A stretch of DNA of 64,000 nt from an uncultured Gammaproteobacteria bacterium (GTDB lineage Bacteria; Patescibacteriota; Microgenomatia; UBA8517): positions 449,488-513,487 of the forward strand of contig OZ246419.1 of the NCBI GenBank assembly GCA_965231135.1. Reading direction: 5' to 3'. Every line of letters begins with the position of its first letter. Position 1 is the stretch's first letter. This document shows, piece by piece, positions 1 through 9,511 of this stretch. The translations under genes were made by a program, and so were the position numbers. The notes below the pieces were generated by a model. It made no database searches. It saw only the letters and a program-made list of their open reading frames with translations, and had not been told where the DNA came from.

Positions 1-699
1 TTTAGTGGCATCGCATCAAGCACAGCAGTTTTGTCTGATACAGAAAAAGAATTAGGATGTGTTTTGATTGATATTGGAGCTGGAGCGACTTCTATTGCGG
101 CATTTGTTGATGGAGGATTGGTTTATTCAGGAGCTCTTCCAATTGGAGCGCGAAATGTAACAAATGACTTAGCGATTGGACTTCGTGTTTCGATTGAAAC
201 AGCTGAAAAAATAAAGCTTTCACTTTCTCAACCTAAAAAAGATAACACTGCAAAAAGCGATGTGATTGAAGTAGTTGATGATGACACAAAAGAAACCAAA
301 AAGATTTCAAGAAGAACTCTTACTGAAGGAATTATAAGGCCACGATTGAATGAAATATTTACAATGATAAGGCTTGATCTAGAGAAAAATGGAATAATTA
401 ATAAAATTCCATCAGGAGCTGTAATTACCGGAGGAGGAGCTTTGACTGTTGGTGTGATTGATAGTGCGAAGCGTATGCTTACACTTCCAGTTCGAATTGG
501 AGAACCAACTGGAGTGGAAGGATTGGTTGATGAAATTTTAAACCCTTCTTTTGCAAGCGCAATTGGTTTGCTTCAATATGGAGTGATGCAAGAACTTCCT
601 GCTGCTAATATAAAAGAAAAGACAAATATAAAAATGAAGTTGCCAAACGCAAATATGTTTGGTAAAGTGATTGATACGATCAAAGATCTTCTGCCCTAA
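1..699 (+). CDS. ftsA: Cell division protein FtsA, C-terminal part (5' end lies outside the window)
   Basis: ORF 31..699 is in frame from nt 1. Actin-like ATPase motifs (VLIDIGAGATSIA, PIGARNVTNDLAIGL) match FtsA. ftsZ follows immediately downstream, as in a conserved ftsA-ftsZ pair. Confidence 0.8.
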   Translation, partial: FSGIASSTAVLSDTEKELGCVLIDIGAGATSIAAFVDGGLVYSGALPIGARNVTNDLAIGLRVSIETAEKIKLSLSQPKKDNTAKSDVIEVVDDDTKETKKISRRTLTEGIIRPRLNEIFTMIRLDLEKNGIINKIPSGAVITGGGALTVGVIDSAKRMLTLPVRIGEPTGVEGLVDEILNPSFASAIGLLQYGVMQELPAANIKEKTNIKMKLPNANMFGKVIDTIKDLLP

Positions 700-747
700 T
701 TTGATAAGTGTGATATATTAGGTGGATTATAAGCAAATAGCTTGTAA

Positions 748-1935
748 TTGATTACAATTATGGCATTAGTAAAACCTGACGCGGCGCGTATCGCGAAAAT
801 AAAAGTTATTGGGGTTGGCGGCGGAGGCGGAAACGCCGTTTCTTCAATGGTGGATAGTGGAACAATAAATGGTGTTGAATTTATTGCTGCAAATACAGAT
901 GCACAGGTTCTTCTTTCAACAAGCATTCCTACAAAAATTCAAATTGGTGAGAAATTGACTAAAGGGCTTGGAGTCGGTGGGCATCCTGAAATTGGAGCGC
1001 AAGCTGCTGAAGAATCAATAGAAAAAATTAAAGAACTTTTGGTTGGAGCTGATATGGTATTTGTTACTGCGGGGATGGGCGGAGGAACTGGAACTGGAGC
1101 GGCGCCTGTTATTGCAAGAATTGCAAAAGAGTCGGGAGCTTTGACTGTTGGAGTCGTGACAAAGCCGTTTACTTTTGAAGGAACAAGAAGAATGATTCTT
1201 GCTGAAGAGGGAATTGAAAATCTTCGCAAAGAAGTCGATACATTAATCGTGATTCCAAATCAGAGAATTATGGATGTAGTTGACCGAAAAGTTACTCTTC
1301 TTGAAGCATTTCGAGTTGCAGATAGTGTTTTGGGACAGGCAGTCGGAGGAATTGCAGATATTATTACAACTCCTGGCTTAGTTAATGTGGACTTTGCTGA
1401 CGTTAAAACAATTATGTCTGATGCAGGAAGTGCGCTTCTTGGAGTGGGGACTGGAGTTGGGGAAAATCGTGCACAAATGGCAGCGCGCGCTGCAGTGTCA
1501 TCTCCTCTACTGGACCTTTCAATTGAAGGAGCAAAAGGAATTCTATTTAATATTGCTGGAGGACCTGACCTTACAATGTTTGAAGTTGATGAAGCTGCAA
1601 GAATTATTTCAGGGTCAGCAGATCCTGATGCAAATGTGATCTTTGGAGCTGTAGTTAAAGATGGAATTACAGACCAAGTAAGAATTACAGTTATTGCAAC
1701 CGGGTTTGATGAAAGCGTTTCGAGAGTTGCTCAAATGACACATTCAATGTCGCCAGCACCAACACTTTCTGGAATGAGCGGAATTATGGGTGAACAAAAG
1801 AAGGAAGAGGAAAATCAAATACCACAAAGTAGCATGGAAGAGACAGAGAAACGTGAAGGAATTGTTGAACCAATTAAAAAAGATCAGTTTGAAGATGATT
1901 TTGATATTCCTGCGTTTCTTCGTAAAATTCACTGA
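748..1935 (+). CDS. ftsZ: Cell division GTPase FtsZ
   Basis: Tubulin/FtsZ signature [10 protein letters not shown] plus T7-loop region. Typical position after ftsA. TTG start at 748, with an alternative ATG at 760. Confidence 0.92.
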   Translation: MITIMALVKPDAARIAKIKVIGVGGGGGNAVSSMVDSGTINGVEFIAANTDAQVLLSTSIPTKIQIGEKLTKGLGVGGHPEIGAQAAEESIEKIKELLVGADMVFVTAGMGGGTGTGAAPVIARIAKESGALTVGVVTKPFTFEGTRRMILAEEGIENLRKEVDTLIVIPNQRIMDVVDRKVTLLEAFRVADSVLGQAVGGIADIITTPGLVNVDFADVKTIMSDAGSALLGVGTGVGENRAQMAARAAVSSPLLDLSIEGAKGILFNIAGGPDLTMFEVDEAARIISGSADPDANVIFGAVVKDGITDQVRITVIATGFDESVSRVAQMTHSMSPAPTLSGMSGIMGEQKKEEENQIPQSSMEETEKREGIVEPIKKDQFEDDFDIPAFLRKIH

Positions 1936-2186
1936 TGCGTTGTGAAAATGATCCGTTTCGTGTAGAAGTTCATACTTCTAATGAAATTTTTGAATCTCAG
2001 ATTAGTGAGAAAGAGTTTTATTCATTGATTATTAAATTACGTGAGAGGCAGGATGATGCTAAACCTCTAAAGTTGAGAATAAGCTTTGTTGACTGCGATG
2101 CAGTTTTGTATGTTATGGATGTTTTTACAGAAGCTGAAGATTATTGTCGATGTGTGGAGAATTTTTTTGATTATAGCTATAATTAA
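1935..2186 (+). CDS. Hypothetical small protein (83 aa), possibly translationally coupled to ftsZ
   Basis: Its ATG overlaps the ftsZ stop (ATGA-type overlap). No recognisable domain. Confidence 0.3.
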   Translation: MRCENDPFRVEVHTSNEIFESQISEKEFYSLIIKLRERQDDAKPLKLRISFVDCDAVLYVMDVFTEAEDYCRCVENFFDYSYN

Positions 2187-2188
2187 GT

Positions 2189-2278
2189 ATGACAATTGGT
2201 GGATTTGTACTTGTAATAATTGCAATGATTGCTGCGATTGTTGGACCGTTACTCTACTACTTCAAAAATAAAAAATAA
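2189..2278 (+). CDS. Candidate 29-aa single-pass membrane peptide (MTIGGFVLVIIAMIAAIVGPLLYYFKNKK)
   Basis: Hand-translated and not in the ORF track. It has a hydrophobic core and a basic C-terminus. It is out of frame with track ORF 2086..2271, which reads as low-complexity junk. Confidence 0.2.
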   Translation: MTIGGFVLVIIAMIAAIVGPLLYYFKNKK

Positions 2279-2296
2279 TAGCTTAAGATTAACTTA

Positions 2297-3247
2297 ATGA
2301 AAAAAGGTTTTATACCAATTGTTCTTTTGATTTTAGTTCCGTTTATTATCGCTTTAGTTTATATTGCTATAAAACGCGGTGAAATTAAAATTGGTATGCC
2401 AACTCCTGTACCGACAGTTTCTACAATTCCAACTGAAAGTTCAACACCAACACCATCTCCATCCCCAATTCCTACTCCAAAAATTACTCCGACGCCAGTT
2501 GTGACTGTAAAGCCGACGTTGCCTCCAGTTTCTGGGCCGCCTGGAACAGGAGTTTCTACAATAAATGTGCATACAGAAAAAGGAGATTTCACTGCAACAG
2601 TTATGTCTTTTGATTTAGGGAGCACAAGAGTAATAACTGACAGCGCAAACGACTCTGATTGCACAAGCGCTTGCCCAGTTGATAACTTAGCTGATTTTGT
2701 TAGTAAAAACGGTGGATTTGCAGGAGTTAATGGAACATATTTTTGTCCGGCGGAGCCGGCGTATGCGAGTTGCGGGCAAAACAATTCCTTTGATTTTAGT
2801 TTTTATAACACGAGACTTAATCATTGGATAAATCAAGGAAATTTGGGATATTCAGGACGCTCAATAGTTTATTTTGATGGAAGTGGGGCGCATTATATGC
2901 AAAACGCCAGCGGATTTGGAGGAGGGCTGACTGCTGGAATAGTTATGAGCCCAGGATTAGTTGATGGAGGGAATGTGCAAATTGATGATAATCAATCAGG
3001 ACTCTCCGATAAGCAAAAAGCTGTTGGGCTTAAAGAAGGGATTGGGATTATTGGGACAAATAAAGTGATGATAGTTGTTGCGCAAAGTGTAAATATGGAG
3101 CAGTTTGCTTATGTATTTAAAGCATTAAGCGCAACAGGAGCCATGAACCTTGATGAAGGAGGAAGCACAGCAATGTATTATCAAGGAAGATATGTTTTTG
3201 GACCAGGGAGAAATATTCCTAATGCTGTTGTTTTTGCAAATAAATGA
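2297..3247 (+). CDS. Membrane-anchored phosphodiester glycosidase family protein (NAGPA/DUF2233-like) with a Pro/Thr-rich linker
   Basis: N-terminal TM helix, a PT-rich linker, and a C-terminal ...AMNLDEGGSTAMYY... motif resembling the NAGPA-domain NLDGGGS signature. Confidence 0.55.
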   Translation: MKKGFIPIVLLILVPFIIALVYIAIKRGEIKIGMPTPVPTVSTIPTESSTPTPSPSPIPTPKITPTPVVTVKPTLPPVSGPPGTGVSTINVHTEKGDFTATVMSFDLGSTRVITDSANDSDCTSACPVDNLADFVSKNGGFAGVNGTYFCPAEPAYASCGQNNSFDFSFYNTRLNHWINQGNLGYSGRSIVYFDGSGAHYMQNASGFGGGLTAGIVMSPGLVDGGNVQIDDNQSGLSDKQKAVGLKEGIGIIGTNKVMIVVAQSVNMEQFAYVFKALSATGAMNLDEGGSTAMYYQGRYVFGPGRNIPNAVVFANK

Positions 3248-3268
3248 TTTTGGCTGTAAAATAGCCAA

Positions 3269-3535
3269 ATGCGAAGAACTGAACAAGAAGAATCATTTTT
3301 CGTTTTATTTAGCAGGACATGTGATAGCCAAGCTGTTTCTGGAGAGGATGCACGAGCCTTTTTAAGGTTTGCTAAAGAAATGGAACAACGCGAAAAATTA
3401 TTGAAGATGATTTCTTCACGAACTATTTCTCAAGAATCGGTAAATGATTTAATAATCAATGTTGGTGATAACATTCCGAATCTTGATGATAGTATTCAAA
3501 GGTTGATTGATAGATATGAAAATGGTGTGTTATAA
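3269..3535 (+). CDS. Hypothetical protein (88 aa)
   Basis: ORF with plausible composition and no recognisable domain. It ends just before the T-box leader. Confidence 0.25.
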   Translation: MRRTEQEESFFVLFSRTCDSQAVSGEDARAFLRFAKEMEQREKLLKMISSRTISQESVNDLIINVGDNIPNLDDSIQRLIDRYENGVL

Positions 3536-3539
3536 TGAC

Positions 3540-3682
3540 TCAAAGCTTTGATGGATTATCAATCCGGAGCTTGGAGAAGAAACCCGCTCGGCAAAGCGAT
3601 CGGGGACTAGAACTCAAGGAATAAGATCAAATTAAGGTGGTACCGCGTTCCTTCAAGAATCGCCCTTAGACAAAGGAGCGAT
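3540..3682 (+). promoter_or_regulatory. T-box leader (tRNA-Ile-responsive) controlling ileS, probably via SD sequestration
   Basis: AATTAAGGTGGTACCGCG at 3630-3647 matches the T-box core consensus AAUUAGGGUGGNACCGCG with one mismatch. A short hairpin GGAU-UAUCA-AUCC at ~3552-3564 presents the Ile codon AUC followed by A in a terminal loop. CGTTCCTT (3646-3653) can pair with AAGGAGCG (the SD, 3673-3680) upstream of the ATG at 3683. Confidence 0.7.
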
Positions 3683-6430
3683 ATGTCAAAAAAATATTTT
3701 AACGAAGTTGATCCAAGGGTAAATTTTCCAAAAATGGAAGAGAATGTTTTGTCTTTTTGGGAAAAAGAAAACATTTTTCAAAAATCTCTTGAAAAAAACA
3801 AAAATTCAAAAAAGACGTTTACTTTTTATGAAGGGCCGCCAACTGCAAACGGAAATCCTGGAATTCATCATGTCGAAGCACGTTCTTTTAAAGATATTGT
3901 TCCTCGATATAAAACCATGAGAGGATTTGATGTCCCAAGGCAAGCTGGCTGGGATTGTCATGGACTTCCCGTGGAGATTAAAGTTGAAAAAGAACTAGGA
4001 ATTTCTGGAAAACCTCAGATTGAAGAATACGGAATAAAAGAATTTAATGCACTTTGCCGAAAAAGTGTTTTGCAATATGTTGATGAATGGACAAAATTAA
4101 CAAAGCGCATGGCTTATTGGGTCGATACTGATAAACCATATTGGACAATGGATAATTCATATATTGAAAAAGAATGGAGGCTTCTTGCTGAAATGTGGGA
4201 GAAGGACTTTTTGTATGAAGATTATAAAGTTTTGCCGTATTGCCCAAGATGTGGAACTTCACTTTCTTCTCATGAACTAGCTCTTGGTTATAAAGAGATG
4301 ACCGAAGATCCATCTGTCTTTATAAAGTTTGAATTGAAAAAGGAAAAAGGAACTTATTTTCTTGCATGGACAACAACACCATGGACGCTTCCGGGAAATG
4401 TTGCCTTAGCAGTAGATGAAAAGCAAATTTATATAAAAGTTGAAACGGAAAAAGGTAAATTAATTTTAGCTGAGAAAAGATTTAAAGATTTAAAGATTGA
4501 AGGAAAAGTTTTAGAAAAATTTAAAGGAAAAGAATTACTAAATATTGAATATGAACCCTTGTTTAATTATATGTCTTATGACACAAGATCTCATTTTGTT
4601 GTAGCTGCTGACTTTGTTTCTATGGACGAAGGGACAGGAATTGTACATACCGCTGTGATGTACGGAGAAGATGATTTTAAACTTGGTAAAAAATATGATC
4701 TTCCTATGAAACATTCTGTGAATGAAAAAGGAGAATTTGTTGGAGATGTAACTGCCTGGGCTGGAAAATTTGTAAAAAATAAGACTCTTGAAAAAGAAAT
4801 TATTGAAACTTTAGATAAAAACGGGAATTTATTCAAGGCCGAAACTTTAAAACACACTTATCCATTTTGTTGGAGATGTGGGACGCCACTTCTTTATTAT
4901 GCAATGATTTCCTGGTATTTAAAAACTACTGCAGTTAAGGATAAATTAATTGAAAATAATAATAGTGTAAACTGGATTCCAGAACACATCAAAGAAGGCC
5001 GTATGGGGGACTGGCTTAATAATAACCATGATTGGGCATTATCGAGAAGCCGTTATTGGGGTACGCCTCTTCCAATTTGGAAATGTGATAATTGCGAGCA
5101 TACATTATTAGTTGGGAGTGTTAAAGAATTAGAAGAACTTTCTGGAAAAGATTTAAAGAATCTGGATCTTCATAGGCCATTTATTGACGAAATAAAGTTT
5201 AAATGCAGCAAGTGTGATAACGGCCATATGGTGCGAGTCAACTTTGTTTTGGATTGCTGGTTTGATAGCGGCGCAATGCCATATGCATCCGGAGCAACAC
5301 ATTTTCCAGCTGATTATATTAGCGAAGCAATCGATCAAACTCGAGGGTGGTTTTATACACTTCTTGCTGAAGCAACCCTTTTAGGACGCGAAAATGCATA
5401 TAAAAATGTGGTTTGTTTGGGGCATTTGCTTGATGAAAAAGGAAATAAAATGAGCAAATCGAAAGGAAATGTAATTGATCCCTTTGAAGTGATTAATAAT
5501 GTTGGAGCGGATGCGACAAGATGGTATATGTATTCGACAATTGCACCAGGGCCAAGCTTTAGATTTTCAGAAAATTTAGTGCGCGATGTCATAAAAAGAT
5601 TTATGTTGGTTTTTTGGAATAGTTATAATTATTTTGTAACTTACTCAAATTTGAATAATTGGGAACCAGGAAAAGAAAAAAAGAGCGAAAATATTTTAGA
5701 TAGATGGATGGAAGTAAGACTTCAAGAATTAGTTAATAAAATTACAAATAGTTTGGATAATTTTGATATGTTTACTGCTACACATGAGATTGAAGATTTT
5801 GTGGTTAAGGATTTTTCGCAGTGGTATATAAGACGAAGTAGAGGTAGAACCGATGATGGATTTTTTGCAACAAGCTATAAAGTATTAGTAACAGTTGCAA
5901 AATTGATGGCACCATTTGCGCCGTTTGTTAGCGACGAAATTTATAAAAATTTAACAAAAGAAATTTCAGTGCATTTGGCTGATTGGCCTGAAAGTAAAGA
6001 GTTGGACAAAAATAGTCAAAAACTTTTAAATGAAATGGATGAGGTGAGAAAAGCTTCTGAAAAAACTCATTCAATGAGAAAAGAGAGTTTAATATCATTG
6101 CGACAACCACTTAATTTGTTGACTGTAGATTATAAATTTAGTGATGAACTTAAAAATGTTTTGATGGATGAAGTTAATGTAAAAAATATTGTTTTTGGAA
6201 AAGAATTTAAACTTGATACAAACATAACTGCTGAACTTAAGGCTGAAGGGGAAATGAGAGATGTTGTTCGTAAAATTCAGGAAGAACGCAAGAACTTGAA
6301 AACTAATTTAGATGAATTTGTGGATGTTACACTTCCTGATTGGCCAAAGGAATTTGAAGAAGAAATTAAAAAGCGAGCGCTTGTAAAAAATATTTCTAAG
6401 GGTGAATTTAAAGTCGAGAGAATTAAGTAG
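3683..6430 (+). CDS. ileS: Isoleucyl-tRNA synthetase
   Basis: Class I aaRS motifs: HIGH-region variant (PPTANGNPGIHHVEA), GWDCHGLPVE, Zn-finger CWRCGTP, and KMSKS (KMSKSKGN). The 915-aa length is typical of IleS. Confidence 0.9.
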   Translation: MSKKYFNEVDPRVNFPKMEENVLSFWEKENIFQKSLEKNKNSKKTFTFYEGPPTANGNPGIHHVEARSFKDIVPRYKTMRGFDVPRQAGWDCHGLPVEIKVEKELGISGKPQIEEYGIKEFNALCRKSVLQYVDEWTKLTKRMAYWVDTDKPYWTMDNSYIEKEWRLLAEMWEKDFLYEDYKVLPYCPRCGTSLSSHELALGYKEMTEDPSVFIKFELKKEKGTYFLAWTTTPWTLPGNVALAVDEKQIYIKVETEKGKLILAEKRFKDLKIEGKVLEKFKGKELLNIEYEPLFNYMSYDTRSHFVVAADFVSMDEGTGIVHTAVMYGEDDFKLGKKYDLPMKHSVNEKGEFVGDVTAWAGKFVKNKTLEKEIIETLDKNGNLFKAETLKHTYPFCWRCGTPLLYYAMISWYLKTTAVKDKLIENNNSVNWIPEHIKEGRMGDWLNNNHDWALSRSRYWGTPLPIWKCDNCEHTLLVGSVKELEELSGKDLKNLDLHRPFIDEIKFKCSKCDNGHMVRVNFVLDCWFDSGAMPYASGATHFPADYISEAIDQTRGWFYTLLAEATLLGRENAYKNVVCLGHLLDEKGNKMSKSKGNVIDPFEVINNVGADATRWYMYSTIAPGPSFRFSENLVRDVIKRFMLVFWNSYNYFVTYSNLNNWEPGKEKKSENILDRWMEVRLQELVNKITNSLDNFDMFTATHEIEDFVVKDFSQWYIRRSRGRTDDGFFATSYKVLVTVAKLMAPFAPFVSDEIYKNLTKEISVHLADWPESKELDKNSQKLLNEMDEVRKASEKTHSMRKESLISLRQPLNLLTVDYKFSDELKNVLMDEVNVKNIVFGKEFKLDTNITAELKAEGEMRDVVRKIQEERKNLKTNLDEFVDVTLPDWPKEFEEEIKKRALVKNISKGEFKVERIK

Positions 6431-6455
6431 CTTCAAAGCGTGCTAAAATGATTGG

Positions 6456-7478
6456 ATGAATATCACCTCTTCAGGGCTTAAAAAAGATATTGGTTTAATC
6501 ATTTCTTTTTTTATTTTAATTATTTTTAGCATTGTCATACTTCGTGCAATTGCTCCACATGAGTTTCCAATATATTTTGTTTATATATTTAGCGCTATTG
6601 CCGCCTTTTTCATATTTTCTCAAATTGGTTTTGATGTACTGAGCGAATTTAGCAATCATTTTTACATTGGAGGTGTAATTTTATTATTACTTCCTCTTCT
6701 GATTGGGCAAGTGACTCGTGGAGTTGTAAGGTGGATTCCTTTGGGACCGATACAAGTACTCCCCTCAGAACTTGTGAGGCCTTTTTTGTTTGTTTTTTTT
6801 GCAAATAAACTGACTCAAGATGATTTGCAATTTAAAGAGTTTGCAAAAATTAGTTTTTTATTTTTAGTGATATTTTTATTAATAGTTGTCCAGCCATCGC
6901 TTGGAGTCGCAATGCTTACGGCATTTGGATATTTGGGAATAGTTTTAGCAACAACTTTTGATAAAAAGAAAATTATCGCAATTTTGATTGCTGTAATTAT
7001 TGGCTTGCCGATTTTTTGGCATTTTTTGAAACCCTATCAGCGAGAGCGTATTTTGTCATTTGATAATTATAATAGTGTGCAGGCAACTATTTCTGTTGGA
7101 AGCGGAAAAATTACAGGGGAGGGGCTTGGGCAGGGGACACAAACACAGCTTGCTTTTTTGCCTGAAAAACAAACTGACTTTGTTTTTGCAAGTATCGCCC
7201 AAGAAATGGGATTTGTGGGAGCCGGATTGGTTTTAATAGTAAGTTTTTTTATGCTTTATAGGATTGTTGCAAATGTAGCAAATGCTTATAATCCTGCGGC
7301 GCGCAGTTTTATTTCTGGAGTTTTTGTAGCATTACTTGTGCAAACTTTAGTTCATGTTGGAATGAACATGGGAATTTTGCCAATTACGGGAGTGACTTTG
7401 CCGCTTGTTTCTGCTGGAGGAAGCAGCTTGGTTGCAACGGCCATCATGCTTGGAATGGTAATTGGAGCGAAAAAATGA
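6456..7478 (+). CDS. SEDS-family peptidoglycan glycosyltransferase (FtsW/RodA)
   Basis: Multi-TM protein with a conserved C-terminal motif GMNMGILPITGVTLPLVSAGGSSLVAT. Confidence 0.75.
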   Translation: MNITSSGLKKDIGLIISFFILIIFSIVILRAIAPHEFPIYFVYIFSAIAAFFIFSQIGFDVLSEFSNHFYIGGVILLLLPLLIGQVTRGVVRWIPLGPIQVLPSELVRPFLFVFFANKLTQDDLQFKEFAKISFLFLVIFLLIVVQPSLGVAMLTAFGYLGIVLATTFDKKKIIAILIAVIIGLPIFWHFLKPYQRERILSFDNYNSVQATISVGSGKITGEGLGQGTQTQLAFLPEKQTDFVFASIAQEMGFVGAGLVLIVSFFMLYRIVANVANAYNPAARSFISGVFVALLVQTLVHVGMNMGILPITGVTLPLVSAGGSSLVATAIMLGMVIGAKK

Positions 7479-7495
7479 TATCATACTTGAGATTT

Positions 7496-7801
7496 ATGAA
7501 ATACGCAGTTATTAAGATTCAAGGGCATCAATATAGAGTCTCTGAGGGAGACGAGATTTTGGTGGATAAACTCCCCGGAGATGTAGCTGAAGCACAAGTT
7601 CTCATGCTTTCTGATGAGGGAAAAGTGACTCTTGGAACTCCAATATTGGAAAAAGCAAAGGTTGCACTTAAAATGATTGAGCCTGTTGTTAAGGGTGAAA
7701 AGATTTATTCAGCTAAATATCATGCTAAAAGCCGATATCGAAGACGAATTGGATTTAGAGCTAAATACTCTAAACTTCTAGTACAAAGTATTAAAATCTG
7801 A
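7496..7801 (+). CDS. rplU: 50S ribosomal protein L21
   Basis: MKYAVIKIQGHQYRVSEGDEILVDKL matches the L21 N-terminus. The ATG at 7496 is preferred over the track start at 7475. Confidence 0.88.
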   Translation: MKYAVIKIQGHQYRVSEGDEILVDKLPGDVAEAQVLMLSDEGKVTLGTPILEKAKVALKMIEPVVKGEKIYSAKYHAKSRYRRRIGFRAKYSKLLVQSIKI

Positions 7802-7843
7802 TCTATTGACTTTCGTGAAAAAATTTCTTATAGTTAATTAAAT

Positions 7844-8092
7844 ATGTCACATCATAAAGCAGCAGGGAAAACAAGACAACATACATCGCCAGCAGGAAAA
7901 AGGCTTGGCGTCAAAGTTTCTCATGGACAAAAAGTAAAAGCTGGATCAGTTTTGGTACGCCAGCACGGAAGCAAAGTTCATGCAGGATCCGGCACCAAAT
8001 ACGGACGAGATTTCACTGTATTTTCTATTTTTGAAGGAACTGTGAATTTTGGGACAAAATTAGGTAAAAAATTCATTTCAATAAATGGCTGA
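7844..8092 (+). CDS. rpmA: 50S ribosomal protein L27
   Basis: MSHHKAAGKTRQHTSPAGKRLGVK... matches L27. Forms a canonical rplU-rpmA pair. Confidence 0.9.
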   Translation: MSHHKAAGKTRQHTSPAGKRLGVKVSHGQKVKAGSVLVRQHGSKVHAGSGTKYGRDFTVFSIFEGTVNFGTKLGKKFISING

Positions 8093-8924
8093 TCAAATTG
8101 TACAAATTGCAGTAGAAGAGCTTCAAAGCAATCCTTTACAGCCTCGCGGAGTTATAACACCAGAATCTTTAGTTGATTTGGTTGATTCTATAAAAGAACA
8201 TGGAGTTCTTGAACCTTTGGTTGTTGCTAAAACCCCAGCAGGATTTCAAATAATTGCAGGTGAGAGGCGATGGAGAGCAAGCAAACTTGCCGGGCTTACA
8301 CATGTTCCAGCGATTATTCGTGAAACTTCGCCAAAGGGAATGCTTGAAATGGCAATTGTGGAAAATGTGCAAAGAGTTGATCTTAATGCGCTGGACCGCG
8401 CTAAAGGATTTGAAAGATTAATGAATGAATTTGCGCTTACAACTAGCGAAGTTGCAGTCCGAATTGGAAAATCTGTTGCTTATGTAAGTAATTCAATGAG
8501 ACTTTTACAACTTCCTGATGCACTTAAAGACGGGCTTCTTTCAGGACTTATTTCTGAAGGACATGCAAGAGCATTAAGCGCAATTGATGATTCTGGATTA
8601 ATGATTGAAGCTTATAAAATAATTTTACGCGAAAGCGGATCTGTGCGAAGAGCAGAAGAGCTTGCGAGACGTATGAAAGCAAAAACAGGACAGGCTCCAA
8701 AACCAAAGTCTAGAATTGCAGATATGAGAATTATTAGTGAAGATATTGATCGAATGCAGGATGAAATGCAAAAGGGGCTCACAAACGGCGATGATCCAAA
8801 ATCAACTTCTGTAAAACTTGTTCGCTCAAGAAGCCAGACTAAAGTTACATTTTTACTTAAGGGAAGTTTGGAAGAAACCGAAAATAGACTCCAAAAGATT
8901 TATAATTCTTTGAAAGCTGCTTAA
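8085..8924 (+). CDS. parB: ParB/Spo0J-like partition protein
   Basis: ParB N-terminal box (VLEPLVVAKTPAGFQIIAGERRWRASKLAGLTHVPAIIRE) and an HTH region. No parA lies adjacent in the window. Confidence 0.85.
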   Translation: MADQIVQIAVEELQSNPLQPRGVITPESLVDLVDSIKEHGVLEPLVVAKTPAGFQIIAGERRWRASKLAGLTHVPAIIRETSPKGMLEMAIVENVQRVDLNALDRAKGFERLMNEFALTTSEVAVRIGKSVAYVSNSMRLLQLPDALKDGLLSGLISEGHARALSAIDDSGLMIEAYKIILRESGSVRRAEELARRMKAKTGQAPKPKSRIADMRIISEDIDRMQDEMQKGLTNGDDPKSTSVKLVRSRSQTKVTFLLKGSLEETENRLQKIYNSLKAA

Positions 8925-8925
8925 T

Positions 8926-9489
8926 TTATAATGAGTAAGTCTGCCTTTTTACGACCTCTGCGTTTTTAATTGGCCAATAAACAATCCATGCACGTCCTGT
9001 AAATTTATCCTGGCTTATTAAACCAAAATATCTTCCATCGAGAGAATGCTGGCGATTGTCTCCTAGTACAAAATAATTATTTGCAGGAATTTGGATTTCA
9101 AGACCTTCAGTTGCAAAAGTTCCCGGATTTGTACAGACATCGCTTGATAAATAAGCTCCCTCATCCAATAACTTATCGTTTACATAAACATGGCAACCTT
9201 GAACTTTTACAGTCTCGCCAGGAAGACCAATGATTCTTTTTATATATTCATCATGGCCATCTGGCGGAGCTTTGAAAACAATTACGTCTCCTCGTTGCGG
9301 TTTGTTGAAATCATAAGTTACTTTTTCTGTTAAGATATATTCTCCGTCGTGGAAATTAGTTTCCATGGATTCTCCATTTATTTTATGAGGCTGCAAAATT
9401 AAAAGATATACAAAAAGGAAAATGGAAACGGCAAAAATTACCACTTGGATAATATCTAAAAAGAAGGATTTGAGTCGTGATAAAAGCAT
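8926..9489 (-). CDS. lepB: Signal peptidase I
   Basis: S26 motifs: GESM (catalytic Ser), RGDVIVF, KRIIGLPGETV, VLGDNRQHSLDGRYFG. N-terminal TM helix. Confidence 0.88.
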   Translation of the reverse strand: MLLSRLKSFFLDIIQVVIFAVSIFLFVYLLILQPHKINGESMETNFHDGEYILTEKVTYDFNKPQRGDVIVFKAPPDGHDEYIKRIIGLPGETVKVQGCHVYVNDKLLDEGAYLSSDVCTNPGTFATEGLEIQIPANNYFVLGDNRQHSLDGRYFGLISQDKFTGRAWIVYWPIKNAEVVKRQTYSL

Positions 9490-9511
9490 ATAGCTTATTA
9501 TGCAGGAAAAA

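Noticed and set aside
696-1229. Minus-strand ORFs 696..926 and 939..1229 inside ftsA/ftsZ
   Set aside because: Antisense to strongly supported ftsA/ftsZ coding sequence. The Pro/Gly-rich translations are mirror artefacts of the Gly-rich FtsZ codons.
2086-2271. Track ORF 2086..2271 (61 aa, Cys/Trp-rich)
   Set aside because: Low-complexity translation. An alternative-frame 29-aa TM peptide (2189..2278) is more plausible, though itself uncertain.
2359-2784. Minus-strand ORF within the phosphodiester-glycosidase gene
   Set aside because: Antisense of the Pro/Thr-rich linker of a well-supported plus-strand gene.
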